Shown: positions 1 to 8,394 of the stretch, one piece after another
Layout: each line of letters starts with the position of its first letter
How positions within the stretch are numbered: position 1 is the first letter of the stretch
NCBI GenBank assembly: GCA_038868975.1
Contig: JAWCSA010000001.1
Coordinates: 6,905-70,904, forward strand
DNA length: 64,000 nt
Source of the DNA: Nitrososphaerales archaeon
GTDB lineage: Archaea > Thermoproteota > Nitrososphaeria > Nitrososphaerales > UBA213
Direction of reading: 5' to 3'
Notes under the pieces: generated by a model
Database searches by the model: none
The model's input: only the letters and a program-made list of their open reading frames with translations
Told to the model about the DNA's origin: nothing
Program-made: the position numbers and the translations under genes

Positions 1-932
1 ATGCTGAAGCGATTGCATTAAGATTTGCTGGAGTCATCTTGGTTCTTCAATATGCAATATATCCTATAGTAAGAATGTTTGAAGGTATAACTAAAGGAAT
101 CTTCAAGCTCATCGGCACTCACGAACGTCCCCCACCAATAAGCGAGGATGAGGTAAGAGCACTTTTGGATGTTGGCGTAGAAGAAAAAGTGTTCCTGAAG
201 GAAGAAAAGAAATTGATCGAGGAGGCTCTGGAATTTCATGATATACCAGTTCGGGCTATCATGACGCCACGCAAAAACATGGTTGTTCTTAACGCACGTA
301 TGTTGCTATGGGAGGCCCTGCCTTTGATAAACAAGTTTGGGTATTCGCGTATACCAATAATAGAAGGTACAAAGGACAACATAGTTGGCATAGTTCACAA
401 TAGAGATTTGTTAAGGGCGTTGGAGTCAAAGAGCACAGATCTAATGCTCAAAGATATTGCAAGAAAGCCATTGTTTGTATCTCAGGAGAAAAAAATTAGC
501 GACCTTCTCAAGGAATTCCAGAGCAGACGCATTCACATGGCAATAGTTGTTGATGAGTTCGGAGGGACAGATGGGCTGGTTACACTCGAAGATATTATAG
601 AGGAATTGGTTGGAGAGATCGTTGATGAAACAGATATTGAGCGTCAACTGATTACAACGGTGGACAAGAACACTATAATTGCACATGGAGAGGTTGAAAT
701 TGATGATGTGAATGAAGCACTTAACGTAAACATTCTAAAGGGAACTGATTACTCAACGCTTAACGGACTTTTACATGAAATGTTACGTGACATTCCACAG
801 CAGGGAGATAAAATCACTTTGGACAATGTAGTCATAAGTGTGGAAGAAGTGAAACAAAACGCACCCCTGAAGGTCAAAATACAAAAGCTACAGACAGATT
901 ATATAGACAAGTCTGCTATTGAGCAAAATTAA
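1..932 (+). CDS. CBS-pair + CorC/HlyC-domain protein (DUF21/CNNM-type hemolysin / divalent-cation efflux family), 5' end outside the window
   Basis: Frame 3 is open from nt 3 (AEAIALRFAGVILVLQYAIYPIV...), so the gene starts upstream. The product has a tandem CBS region followed by a CorC_HlyC-like C-terminus. Stop TAA at 930-932. Confidence 0.8.
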   Translation, partial: AEAIALRFAGVILVLQYAIYPIVRMFEGITKGIFKLIGTHERPPPISEDEVRALLDVGVEEKVFLKEEKKLIEEALEFHDIPVRAIMTPRKNMVVLNARMLLWEALPLINKFGYSRIPIIEGTKDNIVGIVHNRDLLRALESKSTDLMLKDIARKPLFVSQEKKISDLLKEFQSRRIHMAIVVDEFGGTDGLVTLEDIIEELVGEIVDETDIERQLITTVDKNTIIAHGEVEIDDVNEALNVNILKGTDYSTLNGLLHEMLRDIPQQGDKITLDNVVISVEEVKQNAPLKVKIQKLQTDYIDKSAIEQN

Positions 933-933
933 C

Positions 934-1296
934 TGTAGAGTAGCAGAATTAATGTCCGCTTAGCGTATCAGAATTGTTGTCCGCTCTAGGAGTTGATAAC
1001 ACAAATAAGAATCTCGTCATGGTCACGCTTCAGTCAAGATCTCAGGAAGCTTGATCGAAGATAATGTGTACTTAGCTTCTTCTTGAAATTTGAGGGTTTT
1101 TCACAAAATTCGTGCGTAAAATCACCTTTCACCTAGATACATATGACGATGCCACTACTGGAGGAAACAGCAGATCCATGGGTGGAAGACTCCAAGCATC
1201 TGCAATGGCAAGAAATAGTACAACAAGAGTTCCAACTGACGACTCACGGACATTATCTCTGCTAACAAAAGCGGACATCATTTGTGATACTCTACA
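934..1296 (+). mobile_element. MITE copy 1 (non-autonomous element with terminal inverted repeats)
   Basis: Imperfect TIRs TGTAGAGTAGCAGAATTAATGTCCGC ... GCGGACATCATTTGTGATACTCTACA (21/25 matched). The ATGTCCG(C) motif occurs twice near each end. Flanking direct duplication ATTAAC at 928-933 and 1297-1302. A second copy lies at 37922-38287. No credible transposase ORF inside. Confidence 0.85.
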
Positions 1297-1496
1297 ATTA
1301 ACAACTGCAATCCACAATCTATGCATATCATTTAAGGATCTGAATAAGTTTGGAAAACGTGATAGTTCACTCAAATTTTGATATGATAAAGCAATCTACG
1401 TGGCGAGGATACCTATGAACAACCATTTTATTTGCAGGTTACAAGATGGATGATTCATTCATTAGTATTATATAGTGAGTAACGTGCAACCCATAT

Positions 1497-1856
1497 ATGA
1501 TGTCTAAAGCATCAAACGATATATACGTTGGAAAGAAGCCACTTATGACCTATGTTACTGCAACTCTGGTACAGCTAGCAAACGAGGACAGGGTAGTTGT
1601 CAAGGCTAGAGGGAATAGTATTGTTAAAGCGGTTGATGTTGCACAGATAATAGAGAAGAGGATGGACAGCATGGGATATAGAATAGCCGACACAAAAATA
1701 GGAACCGACCAACTTCAGTCTAAGGATGGTAAGACAAGGAACGTCTCTACCATAGAGATTGCAATCTTGAAGGGACAGGGTTCAAATCCATCAAGTTCAT
1801 CCAGTGAAAAGAAGACAAGTTCCAATAGTCAAAGCAAGAAAGGGAAGAGGAAGTAG
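1497..1856 (+). CDS. albA: DNA/RNA-binding protein Alba with Ser/Lys-rich C-terminal tail
   Basis: N-terminal ~90 aa match the Alba pattern (IYVGKKPLMTYVTA...VVVKARGNSIVKAVDVAQII). The tail is GSNPSSSSSEKKTSSNSQSKKGKRK. Confidence 0.85.
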   Translation: MMSKASNDIYVGKKPLMTYVTATLVQLANEDRVVVKARGNSIVKAVDVAQIIEKRMDSMGYRIADTKIGTDQLQSKDGKTRNVSTIEIAILKGQGSNPSSSSSEKKTSSNSQSKKGKRK

Positions 1857-1871
1857 TAATAACGCTTACTT

Positions 1872-2510
1872 TTATTGTGCTTTGTACTTGCGAAGGATAC
1901 CCATAACTTCGTCATCGCTTATCTGGCAAAAATCTTCATAGAATTCACCTACCGCACCAAATTCAAGGGGCATATGCAAAACCACTGTTTCATCTACAAT
2001 TTCACTTAATTTTCTAACCGTTTCTTTGGGCGCAACAGGTACGGCTAATATTATCATATTTGGGTTTTGCTTTTTTATCCATGCTATTGCTACCATCATG
2101 GTTGCACCTGTAGCTATACCATCATCAACCATGACAACTGTTTTGCTTTTAAGATCGTATACAACATTACCACGGAACAGTTTTAACCTACGTTCAATTT
2201 CCCTAACCTGTATATCTGTTTCCGATTTAACATAATCATTCTCTATTCTTAGCACAGTCATCACATATTCATTAATGTATGAGCTTCCATCATGCATAAC
2301 AGCGCCTATTGCTAGTTCAGGATTATTTGGCGCACCAAGCTTTCGTGGTATTACAACATCGAGAGTCGCATTTAGTGATTTTGCAATGACGTCTGCAACG
2401 ATTACACCACCACGTGGTATGGCAAGGATGATAACATCACTCTTATCCCTCAACCATGACAACTTTGCGGCTAATTGCAAACCAGCGTCGGTTCTATCCT
2501 TAAATCTCAT
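1872..2510 (-). CDS. Phosphoribosyltransferase-family protein
   Basis: PRPP-binding loop VVMVDDGIATGATM and N-terminal FKDRTDAGxxLA, typical of the COG1926-type PRTases. Confidence 0.75.
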   Translation of the reverse strand: MRFKDRTDAGLQLAAKLSWLRDKSDVIILAIPRGGVIVADVIAKSLNATLDVVIPRKLGAPNNPELAIGAVMHDGSSYINEYVMTVLRIENDYVKSETDIQVREIERRLKLFRGNVVYDLKSKTVVMVDDGIATGATMMVAIAWIKKQNPNMIILAVPVAPKETVRKLSEIVDETVVLHMPLEFGAVGEFYEDFCQISDDEVMGILRKYKAQ

Positions 2511-2546
2511 AGCATTTTTAAAAGACAGTATCTTATCAAACTTCCC

Positions 2547-3050
2547 ATGCAGAGGCGGAAGCAGATTCTTGTCATAGGATACAACGGTGATTCATGTACA
2601 AAGAAGGCATATGATATCGCTTATGCTGTAGGCAAGGAGATCGCCAAAAGGAATGCCGTTCTCGTAACAGGTGGTTTAGGCGGAGTGATGGAAGCTGCAA
2701 GCAAGGGTGCAAAGGAGAACAATGGTACTACTGTCGGAATAATTCCATTTGAAGATTTTGACGAGGCAAACAATTTCTGTGATATAGTGATATGCACAGG
2801 AATGGGTTTTGCAAGGGATTTTGTAACTGCCTATTCTGCGGACGCTGTGATAATTGTCGGCGGGGGTATTGGAACTTTAATAGAAACGGGTGTTGCATAC
2901 ATGAAGAAAAAACCTATAGTAGCTGTGCGTAAAAGTGGCGGGACAGCTGATGAGTATGCAGGTAGGTATCTTGACGAAAGAAAACGTATAAGGATATTAT
3001 CGGCCAAGACTCCAAAGCAGGCAGTTGATCTTATCCTAAGACAACGCTAA
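2547..3050 (+). CDS. TIGR00725/LOG-like (SLOG) Rossmann-fold protein
   Basis: Motifs VTGGLGGVMEAASKGA and VGGGIGTLIE. The ATG at 2547 avoids overlap with the convergent upstream gene; the ORF-track start at 2475 is probably too long. Confidence 0.7.
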   Translation: MQRRKQILVIGYNGDSCTKKAYDIAYAVGKEIAKRNAVLVTGGLGGVMEAASKGAKENNGTTVGIIPFEDFDEANNFCDIVICTGMGFARDFVTAYSADAVIIVGGGIGTLIETGVAYMKKKPIVAVRKSGGTADEYAGRYLDERKRIRILSAKTPKQAVDLILRQR

Positions 3051-4195
3051 GATGCATACTCTAGTAGCGTTTTATCTGGTTCATAGAAACTTCCATATCG
3101 ATTTGCCATTGTCTTCAATTCTTCAACAATCTTTGCAAGTCCAAATCTCTCCGCTGTAGGAAACAGCCCTTCCTTTAGACCAAGGCCGAATTTGGTAGCC
3201 CTATCTATGTCCTGTCTATTGCTAACATCATTCGTTATTAGCCAGCAAGCGTTGTTGACAGCCACTCCAAGAAGTCTTATGGGATTGTAACGTTCAGCCT
3301 CTTCTTGCGTTAGGATAATCCTCTCATATGTGGCACTTTTGTACTCGTAAAATCCTTTCCCAGACTTTTGTCCGAAACGGCCTTCATTAAATAATTTCTC
3401 AACAAGAGGATGCGGATTGATTACTCTTTTATCCCTCGCATACATCTCCTGTGTTGCCTTGTGTACAACATCTATACCTGTATAATCTGCAAGCTCGAAT
3501 ATGCCCATTGGGAATCCCAGTTTGAACTTCACTGCCGCGTCAATTTCAGTCATTTTCGCACCATCCCTTTCCAACGACCAGGTCGCTTCATGTATAAGCG
3601 GAATGAAGATCCTATTTACTATAAAGCCAGCTACGTCCTTGTTGCAAAGCACTGGTTCCTTTCCAAGACTCTTAACATATTGCATTGTAGCATCTATGAG
3701 TTCCTTGTCAGTTTGGGCTCCCGGAATCACTTCTACTAGAGGCATCAGTTGTGGAGGGTTGAAGAAATGTATGCCTATGAATTTCTTAGGCCTACTTGTA
3801 ACCTTAGATAATTCTGTGATAGGCAGAGTGCTGGTATTGGAAGCAAAGACAGTCTTACTTGATGCCAATTTATCTAGTTCTGCATAAACCTTCTTCTTCA
3901 AATTCATATCCTCTGGAACAGCTTCGATTACAAGATCTGTATCGGCCAATGATTCCTTCAGATCAACAAAAGTCCTTATACGTCCTAATATCTTCTCTGA
4001 CTCTTGTTTGGAAATCCTTTTCTTTTCAACTAGCTTATCAAGGCTCCACGTGATCTTCTCTATTGCTTTGTCTAGAAACTTCTGATCTATGTCACGCAAT
4101 GCTACTTCATAGCCCGCCATAGCAGAAACTTGGGCAATGCCGTGACCCATTACCCCCGAACCAAGCACGGTTATCTTTCTTATGCTCATAAGCAA
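3047..4195 (-). CDS. 3-hydroxyacyl-CoA (3-hydroxybutyryl-CoA) dehydrogenase
   Basis: N-terminal NAD fold KITVLGSGVMGHGIAQV, the HFFNP motif and a C-terminal dimerisation domain. This family is used in the thaumarchaeal HP/HB cycle. Confidence 0.85.
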   Translation of the reverse strand: MLMSIRKITVLGSGVMGHGIAQVSAMAGYEVALRDIDQKFLDKAIEKITWSLDKLVEKKRISKQESEKILGRIRTFVDLKESLADTDLVIEAVPEDMNLKKKVYAELDKLASSKTVFASNTSTLPITELSKVTSRPKKFIGIHFFNPPQLMPLVEVIPGAQTDKELIDATMQYVKSLGKEPVLCNKDVAGFIVNRIFIPLIHEATWSLERDGAKMTEIDAAVKFKLGFPMGIFELADYTGIDVVHKATQEMYARDKRVINPHPLVEKLFNEGRFGQKSGKGFYEYKSATYERIILTQEEAERYNPIRLLGVAVNNACWLITNDVSNRQDIDRATKFGLGLKEGLFPTAERFGLAKIVEELKTMANRYGSFYEPDKTLLEYAS

Positions 4196-4283
4196 TACAC
4201 CAATAAGGAGAAATAGTTTTTAAAATTGTCTATACCAATTCATTATAAAATTTAAATTACGAGAGAAAGGAGATGCAGATAGA

Positions 4284-4943
4284 TTGGATCTAGAGAAGTT
4301 CACGCGGGACGTGAACGAAGTCGTATATAAGGCATGTGTGAACGAAGACCTGATAGTTCTACAAAGGATTAACTTCGTGAAGCAAAGGCTGATAGACCTC
4401 TACAAGCGCAATCTTGTAAAGATAAATCATTCAGTAATGGAAATTGTTTGCGCCAAGCATCTAATTAAGTATGGCTACGACGTAGATGTAGAAAGACAGC
4501 TATCAGATACGCTGGTTTGTGATGTTTATGCTACAAAAGGTGACAGTAGTTTCATAGTTGAAATTGAAACGGGTTTCACACCTCCAGAGCATGCGTTGGA
4601 TCCTATGACATATTATATTGCTAGAATTGCCAGCAAAATAGCTAGATATAGCCAATTCGCTGATAAATTTGCTCTGGCTGCACCGTTGACCAGCATTCTA
4701 CCTATTCCAGAGACCTTCCTTAAACCACCAAAGTATAGGAAGTCTGGCGAAGTGAAAAAGATCAAGGAGTTGTGTGACAAATATTACAAAAACCCTCCAC
4801 TGGATACGGATACCATACTTCATGCACGTTTGCATTCAATATATTTAATCAACATAGATAATGCAAAGATAACAGAACTTGACCCGGATACGTATCAAGC
4901 ACTTGTGCAGGGGCTAAACTATTCATCAGGCCTTCGTATCTAA
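4284..4943 (+). CDS. Hypothetical protein, possible PD-(D/E)xK-like fold
   Basis: Long ORF with a TTG start and clean intergenic context. The stretch CDVYATKGDSSFIVEIETG resembles a D...ExE/K nuclease core, but weakly. Confidence 0.5.
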   Translation: MDLEKFTRDVNEVVYKACVNEDLIVLQRINFVKQRLIDLYKRNLVKINHSVMEIVCAKHLIKYGYDVDVERQLSDTLVCDVYATKGDSSFIVEIETGFTPPEHALDPMTYYIARIASKIARYSQFADKFALAAPLTSILPIPETFLKPPKYRKSGEVKKIKELCDKYYKNPPLDTDTILHARLHSIYLINIDNAKITELDPDTYQALVQGLNYSSGLRI

Positions 4944-5090
4944 ATTGTGAGAAAATTCTTGTAGCTCTATATATCATATAATACATTTATTGCGTATGAA
5001 CCTAAAGAATTTTCATACCTAATTCAATAACAGTAATGAATTTCACTCGTCTTCTGTTGACTGGACATAATTAGCCGCAACGAAGTTGGT

Positions 5091-5102
5091 AAAAGTTTAT
5101 AT
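5091..5102 (+). promoter_or_regulatory. BRE/TATA-like promoter element for the downstream structured RNA
   Basis: AAAAG-TTTATAT lies about 21-27 nt upstream of the first G of the GC-rich RNA region. Confidence 0.35.
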
Positions 5103-5122
5103 CAAATGAAGTCTATAATATA

Positions 5123-5357
5123 GGATAGCCATCCAGCCGAAAGAGAAGATGCTTCGTCACGAAGCTTCCAGGTCAGGGGAAGCCTTGATCTGCTGTGCAG
5201 GTTGACGAACGGTGATGTCTCATTGTGGAGCTGTGGGGAAACCCACAGAGTCTCATGAAACATCAACGAGGGCGAACTGATGCGACGTGCGGGACGAAAA
5301 ACCACAGTAACGCTGCAGGCAGAAAGCCACATCATCTTCGAGCGCTGGGTGGTCTTT
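5123..5357 (+). ncRNA. Structured ncRNA, most likely signal recognition particle (7S) RNA with a reduced 5' (Alu) domain
   Basis: GC-rich island in an AT-rich spacer. The 5' CCAUCCAGC pairs with 3' GCUGGGUGG, and GAAGAUG pairs with CAUCUUC. There is a small hairpin GCUUCG-UCA-CGAAGC. A long helix (5184-5200 with 5313-5326) encloses two hairpins, one with a GAAA loop (CUGUGGG-GAAA-CCCACAG) and one with an A-rich GAAA-containing loop and an AGUAAC 3' strand. The CCAGGUCAGG and AGGCAGA strings resemble conserved SRP motifs. Ends in an oligo-U tract. Confidence 0.55.
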
Positions 5358-5466
5358 TCATCTAATCGATTGTTCATCTGTTATCGAGGAGTGTTAGAGA
5401 TTATAATTACTGCTTGTTACAGGTATGATAAGTTATATAGGCTGAATCAAGGCAAGAACATCGTAG

Positions 5467-6288
5467 TTGAAAAATGTAGGTATCATTGGTTGTGGCACAA
5501 TCGGTTCTGAATTAGCAAGAGCTATTGATACAGGTAAAATAGAAGACGCAGCACTTCTTTCAATATTTGATATAGCATTCGAGATGGGAAATAGACTTGC
5601 AAGTAAACTACAAAATAAGGCCATGGTTGCAAAGACACTCGATCAATTTCTGCAGAGTAATATGGATATAGTTGTAGAAGCAGCCTCTCAGCATGCTGTT
5701 AGGCAGTATGCTAAGATTGTGCTCGAGAATGACATGGATCTTATGATAATGAGCGTTGGAGCGTTGCTTGACGTTCATTTGTATGACGAACTCGTGGATG
5801 TTGCTACAAAACACGATGTAAAGATTTACCTTCCCACTGGCGCAATTGCAGGGATAGATGCAATCCGAAGTGTGAGACACATGCTGCAAGAGGTGACGTT
5901 GACAACAACAAAAAATGCAAAGGGTCTGCAAGATGCACCATTTTTCGACAAGTATAAGGTTGATCTAAAAAAGATTAGAAAATCAACCGTGATCTATGAA
6001 GGCAACGCTATTGAAGCTGTTAAGCTCTTTCCTGCTAATGTGAATGTAGCAGCAATTTTGAGTTTAGCAGGCATTGGGGGAAAGAAAACGAATGTTAGAA
6101 TAGCTGTTGACCCTCGTTCAACAATGAACGTACATGAGATAATGGCAAAGGGAAAGTTTGGCGAGATGCACTTCACTGTCAAAAACTTGCCTAGTCCTAC
6201 AAATCCAAAAACAAGTTACCTTGCGGTGCTTTCTGCAATAGAATGTTTGCGTTCCATATGTAACGACAGGGTCAATATAGGTACATGA
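5467..6288 (+). CDS. nadX: L-aspartate dehydrogenase
   Basis: TTG start and N-terminal VGIIGCGTIGSELA. Length and pattern fit NadX, and nadA/nadC are adjacent. Confidence 0.8.
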   Translation: MKNVGIIGCGTIGSELARAIDTGKIEDAALLSIFDIAFEMGNRLASKLQNKAMVAKTLDQFLQSNMDIVVEAASQHAVRQYAKIVLENDMDLMIMSVGALLDVHLYDELVDVATKHDVKIYLPTGAIAGIDAIRSVRHMLQEVTLTTTKNAKGLQDAPFFDKYKVDLKKIRKSTVIYEGNAIEAVKLFPANVNVAAILSLAGIGGKKTNVRIAVDPRSTMNVHEIMAKGKFGEMHFTVKNLPSPTNPKTSYLAVLSAIECLRSICNDRVNIGT

Positions 6289-6390
6289 GAGAAGATCTAG
6301 GCAATTATTGTACTATAGTTGAATAATCTTGGCAACTATACCCTGCATTGTATCCCTTTAAATATAATTTTAGAAGGAGATTCAATTGTA

Positions 6391-7368
6391 ATGGGCGTAG
6401 ATTCATTAAAAGACGAAATACTTCGCTTGAAGAAGGAGAAGGACGCAGTGATCCTGGCGCACAACTATCAGATCCCGGAGGTGCAGGACGTTGCAGACTT
6501 TGTAGGTGACTCTTTAGGTCTTTCTGAGCAGGCGGCAAAAACAGATGCCAAGATAATTGTATTTTGCGGTGTCCACTTTATGGCGGAAACAGCGTCTATA
6601 ATATGTCCTGACAAGAAGGTACTCATACCTGATCCAGAAGCAGGTTGCTCCTTATCAGATACCATAGATGCCGAGCAGTTAAGAAAATGGAAAGAAGAAA
6701 ATCCTAATGCTGTTGTTGTTGGGTATGTAAATACTACAGCTGATGTAAAAGCATTATGTGATTATTGCTGTACATCCAGTAACGCTGTCAGAGTCGTTAA
6801 TAGCATACCCGCTGAAAGAACTGTGCTATTCTTACCAGATATGTTTCTTGGGGCCTACGTGGCTGAGGTTACTAAGAGAAAGAACATGCTCATATGGCCA
6901 GGGGAATGCCATGTGCATGCCGGCATAAGGCCAGAGATGGTAAATAATATGCTCAAGACGCACAAGGGAGCTGAATTCCTTATACATCCAGAATGCGGTT
7001 GCACCACTTCTATGATGTATTACTTTGGCAATGGGAATGGACATGGTGTAGGAAGTGGAAACGGTAATGGAAACGGTCATTGTGTAAAGTTCTTCTCAAC
7101 AGAGGGTATGATGAAGTATGCAAAAAGTTCGAGTGCAGACAAACTTGTTGTTGCAACAGAAACTGGCATACTCTACAGGATGCAGAAGGAAAACCCAAAT
7201 AAGACATTCATACCCATAAGTGATAAAGCTATATGCAAGTACATGAAGATGATTACCCTCGATAAGGTTTACAGATCACTGACAGAAATGGTGTATGAGG
7301 TAAAGGTGCAAAGGAGTACGGCAGAAAAGGCAAAGGTGGCAATAGATAGAATGCTTGCAATAAATTAA
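6391..7368 (+). CDS. nadA: Quinolinate synthase A, with a Gly/Asn/His-rich 18-aa insertion
   Basis: ILAHNYQ, VHFMAE and HPEC motifs. The ATG at 6391 is preceded by AAGGAGA; the ORF-track start at 6319 is probably too long. The insertion GNGNGHGVGSGNGNGNGH is encoded at 7027-7080. Confidence 0.85.
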   Translation: MGVDSLKDEILRLKKEKDAVILAHNYQIPEVQDVADFVGDSLGLSEQAAKTDAKIIVFCGVHFMAETASIICPDKKVLIPDPEAGCSLSDTIDAEQLRKWKEENPNAVVVGYVNTTADVKALCDYCCTSSNAVRVVNSIPAERTVLFLPDMFLGAYVAEVTKRKNMLIWPGECHVHAGIRPEMVNNMLKTHKGAEFLIHPECGCTTSMMYYFGNGNGHGVGSGNGNGNGHCVKFFSTEGMMKYAKSSSADKLVVATETGILYRMQKENPNKTFIPISDKAICKYMKMITLDKVYRSLTEMVYEVKVQRSTAEKAKVAIDRMLAIN

Positions 7369-8204
7369 CTCCCACTTATTTCTAGGCTCATATCTATAGC
7401 TTTTACCGAATGTGTTAGACTACCAATTGATATCATATCTATATCTGAAGATGCATACTGCTTAACATTCTTATGCGTGATTCCGCCAGAAACCTCTATC
7501 ATGACTTTTCTCCTTAAATTCTCTTTATGCAACACATCAACGATCGACCTAACCTGATTAGGCGTTAAATTATCAAGCATTATAATGCCTGCACAAGTTT
7601 TTATAGCCTCTATAGCTTCCTCAACGCTCCTTACTTCGACCTCGATTTTGAACCTATGTCTGTGGATCTGCCTTGCTTTTGTTACAGCCTTCGTGACAGA
7701 ACCTATAATTGCAAGATGGTTGTCTTTTATCAAAACCATCTCATCAAGGCGCATTCTATGCGTATCTCCACCACCTATCTTCACAGCTTTCTTATCAAAG
7801 ATCCTGAAGCCGGGAGCAGTCTTCCGTGTGCACGCTATTCGTACCTTATGATTAACTTGTTTAACTTCATCTACAAAGCGTCTTGTTTCAGTAGCGATGC
7901 CACTCATTCGCATCAGTATGTTCAACGCTGTCCTTTCAGCGGATAATATAGCCTTTGCATTACCAGTTACTGTGAGTATAGGTGTATAGGGTTTTACTAC
8001 AGAACCTTCCTTCACCAAGTTCCTGGCTTTGCATCGCACAAGTTCAAATAATAGGCCGGCTTCCTCCAAGCCAGCAACTACTGCTCTCTCCTTACAGATT
8101 ACTTCGGCCTTTGCTATAACATTTGGAAGTATTTCACTTGTAATATCTCCTCTACCTATGTCTTCATGTAAGAATTCAGCAAGTGCCTTTCGTAGCACAT
8201 GCAT
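7365..8204 (-). CDS. nadC: Nicotinate-nucleotide pyrophosphorylase (carboxylating)
   Basis: Typical NadC pattern (DIGRGDITS, RKTAPG, LIKDNH, IMLDN, EVSGGI). Convergent 4-nt overlap with nadA. Confidence 0.85.
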   Translation of the reverse strand: MHVLRKALAEFLHEDIGRGDITSEILPNVIAKAEVICKERAVVAGLEEAGLLFELVRCKARNLVKEGSVVKPYTPILTVTGNAKAILSAERTALNILMRMSGIATETRRFVDEVKQVNHKVRIACTRKTAPGFRIFDKKAVKIGGGDTHRMRLDEMVLIKDNHLAIIGSVTKAVTKARQIHRHRFKIEVEVRSVEEAIEAIKTCAGIIMLDNLTPNQVRSIVDVLHKENLRRKVMIEVSGGITHKNVKQYASSDIDMISIGSLTHSVKAIDMSLEISGS

Positions 8205-8205
8205 C

Positions 8206-8394
8206 TCATGTTACCTTTAAAGCAAACTTTCCTTTCTGTGTTATATTCAGTGTCTTAGCAACCTGCGAATTTTCAGGTTGCACTATTAGCAATATGCCGC
8301 TCCAATCCGCAGTAAGATCCGAAGATTTGCAGACAGGACATACTTTGCCAGTAGTAATTGCCCTACATTTTCTGCAGGCAAGTTCTCTTGCCAA
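8206..8394 (-). CDS. spt4: Transcription elongation factor Spt4 (RpoE'')
   Basis: 62-aa zinc-ribbon protein (CRKC...CPVC) immediately downstream of rpo7/E', the conserved archaeal gene pair. Confidence 0.85.
   Translation of the reverse strand: MARELACRKCRAITTGKVCPVCKSSDLTADWSGILLIVQPENSQVAKTLNITQKGKFALKVT

Noticed and set aside
1112-1381. ORFs of 81-100 aa inside both MITE copies (1112-1381 plus, 1129-1374 minus, 38100-38402 plus)
   Set aside because: They lie within a repeated non-autonomous element and have no transposase or other motifs. Their ends differ between copies because they run out into unrelated flanking DNA. They are treated as chance ORFs.
1780-1800. GGGTTCAAATCC, a tRNA T-loop-like string
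   Set aside because: It lies inside the Alba coding region. The flanking bases cannot form a T-stem (CAGGG versus CCATC) and there is no acceptor or anticodon arm.
5123-5357. RNase P RNA as the identity of the structured RNA
   Set aside because: A GGGGAAGCC string vaguely resembles CR-I (GAGGAAAGUCC). However, no complementary 3' strand exists to form P4, the CR-IV/CR-V consensus is not found, and the length is too short for a type A RNase P RNA.
5102-5377. 91-aa minus-strand ORF and the overlapping 76-aa plus-strand ORF (5280-5510)
   Set aside because: They overlap a GC-rich region with extensive long-range base pairing and GNRA-type loops, and their translated sequences have odd composition. 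An RNA gene explains the region better.
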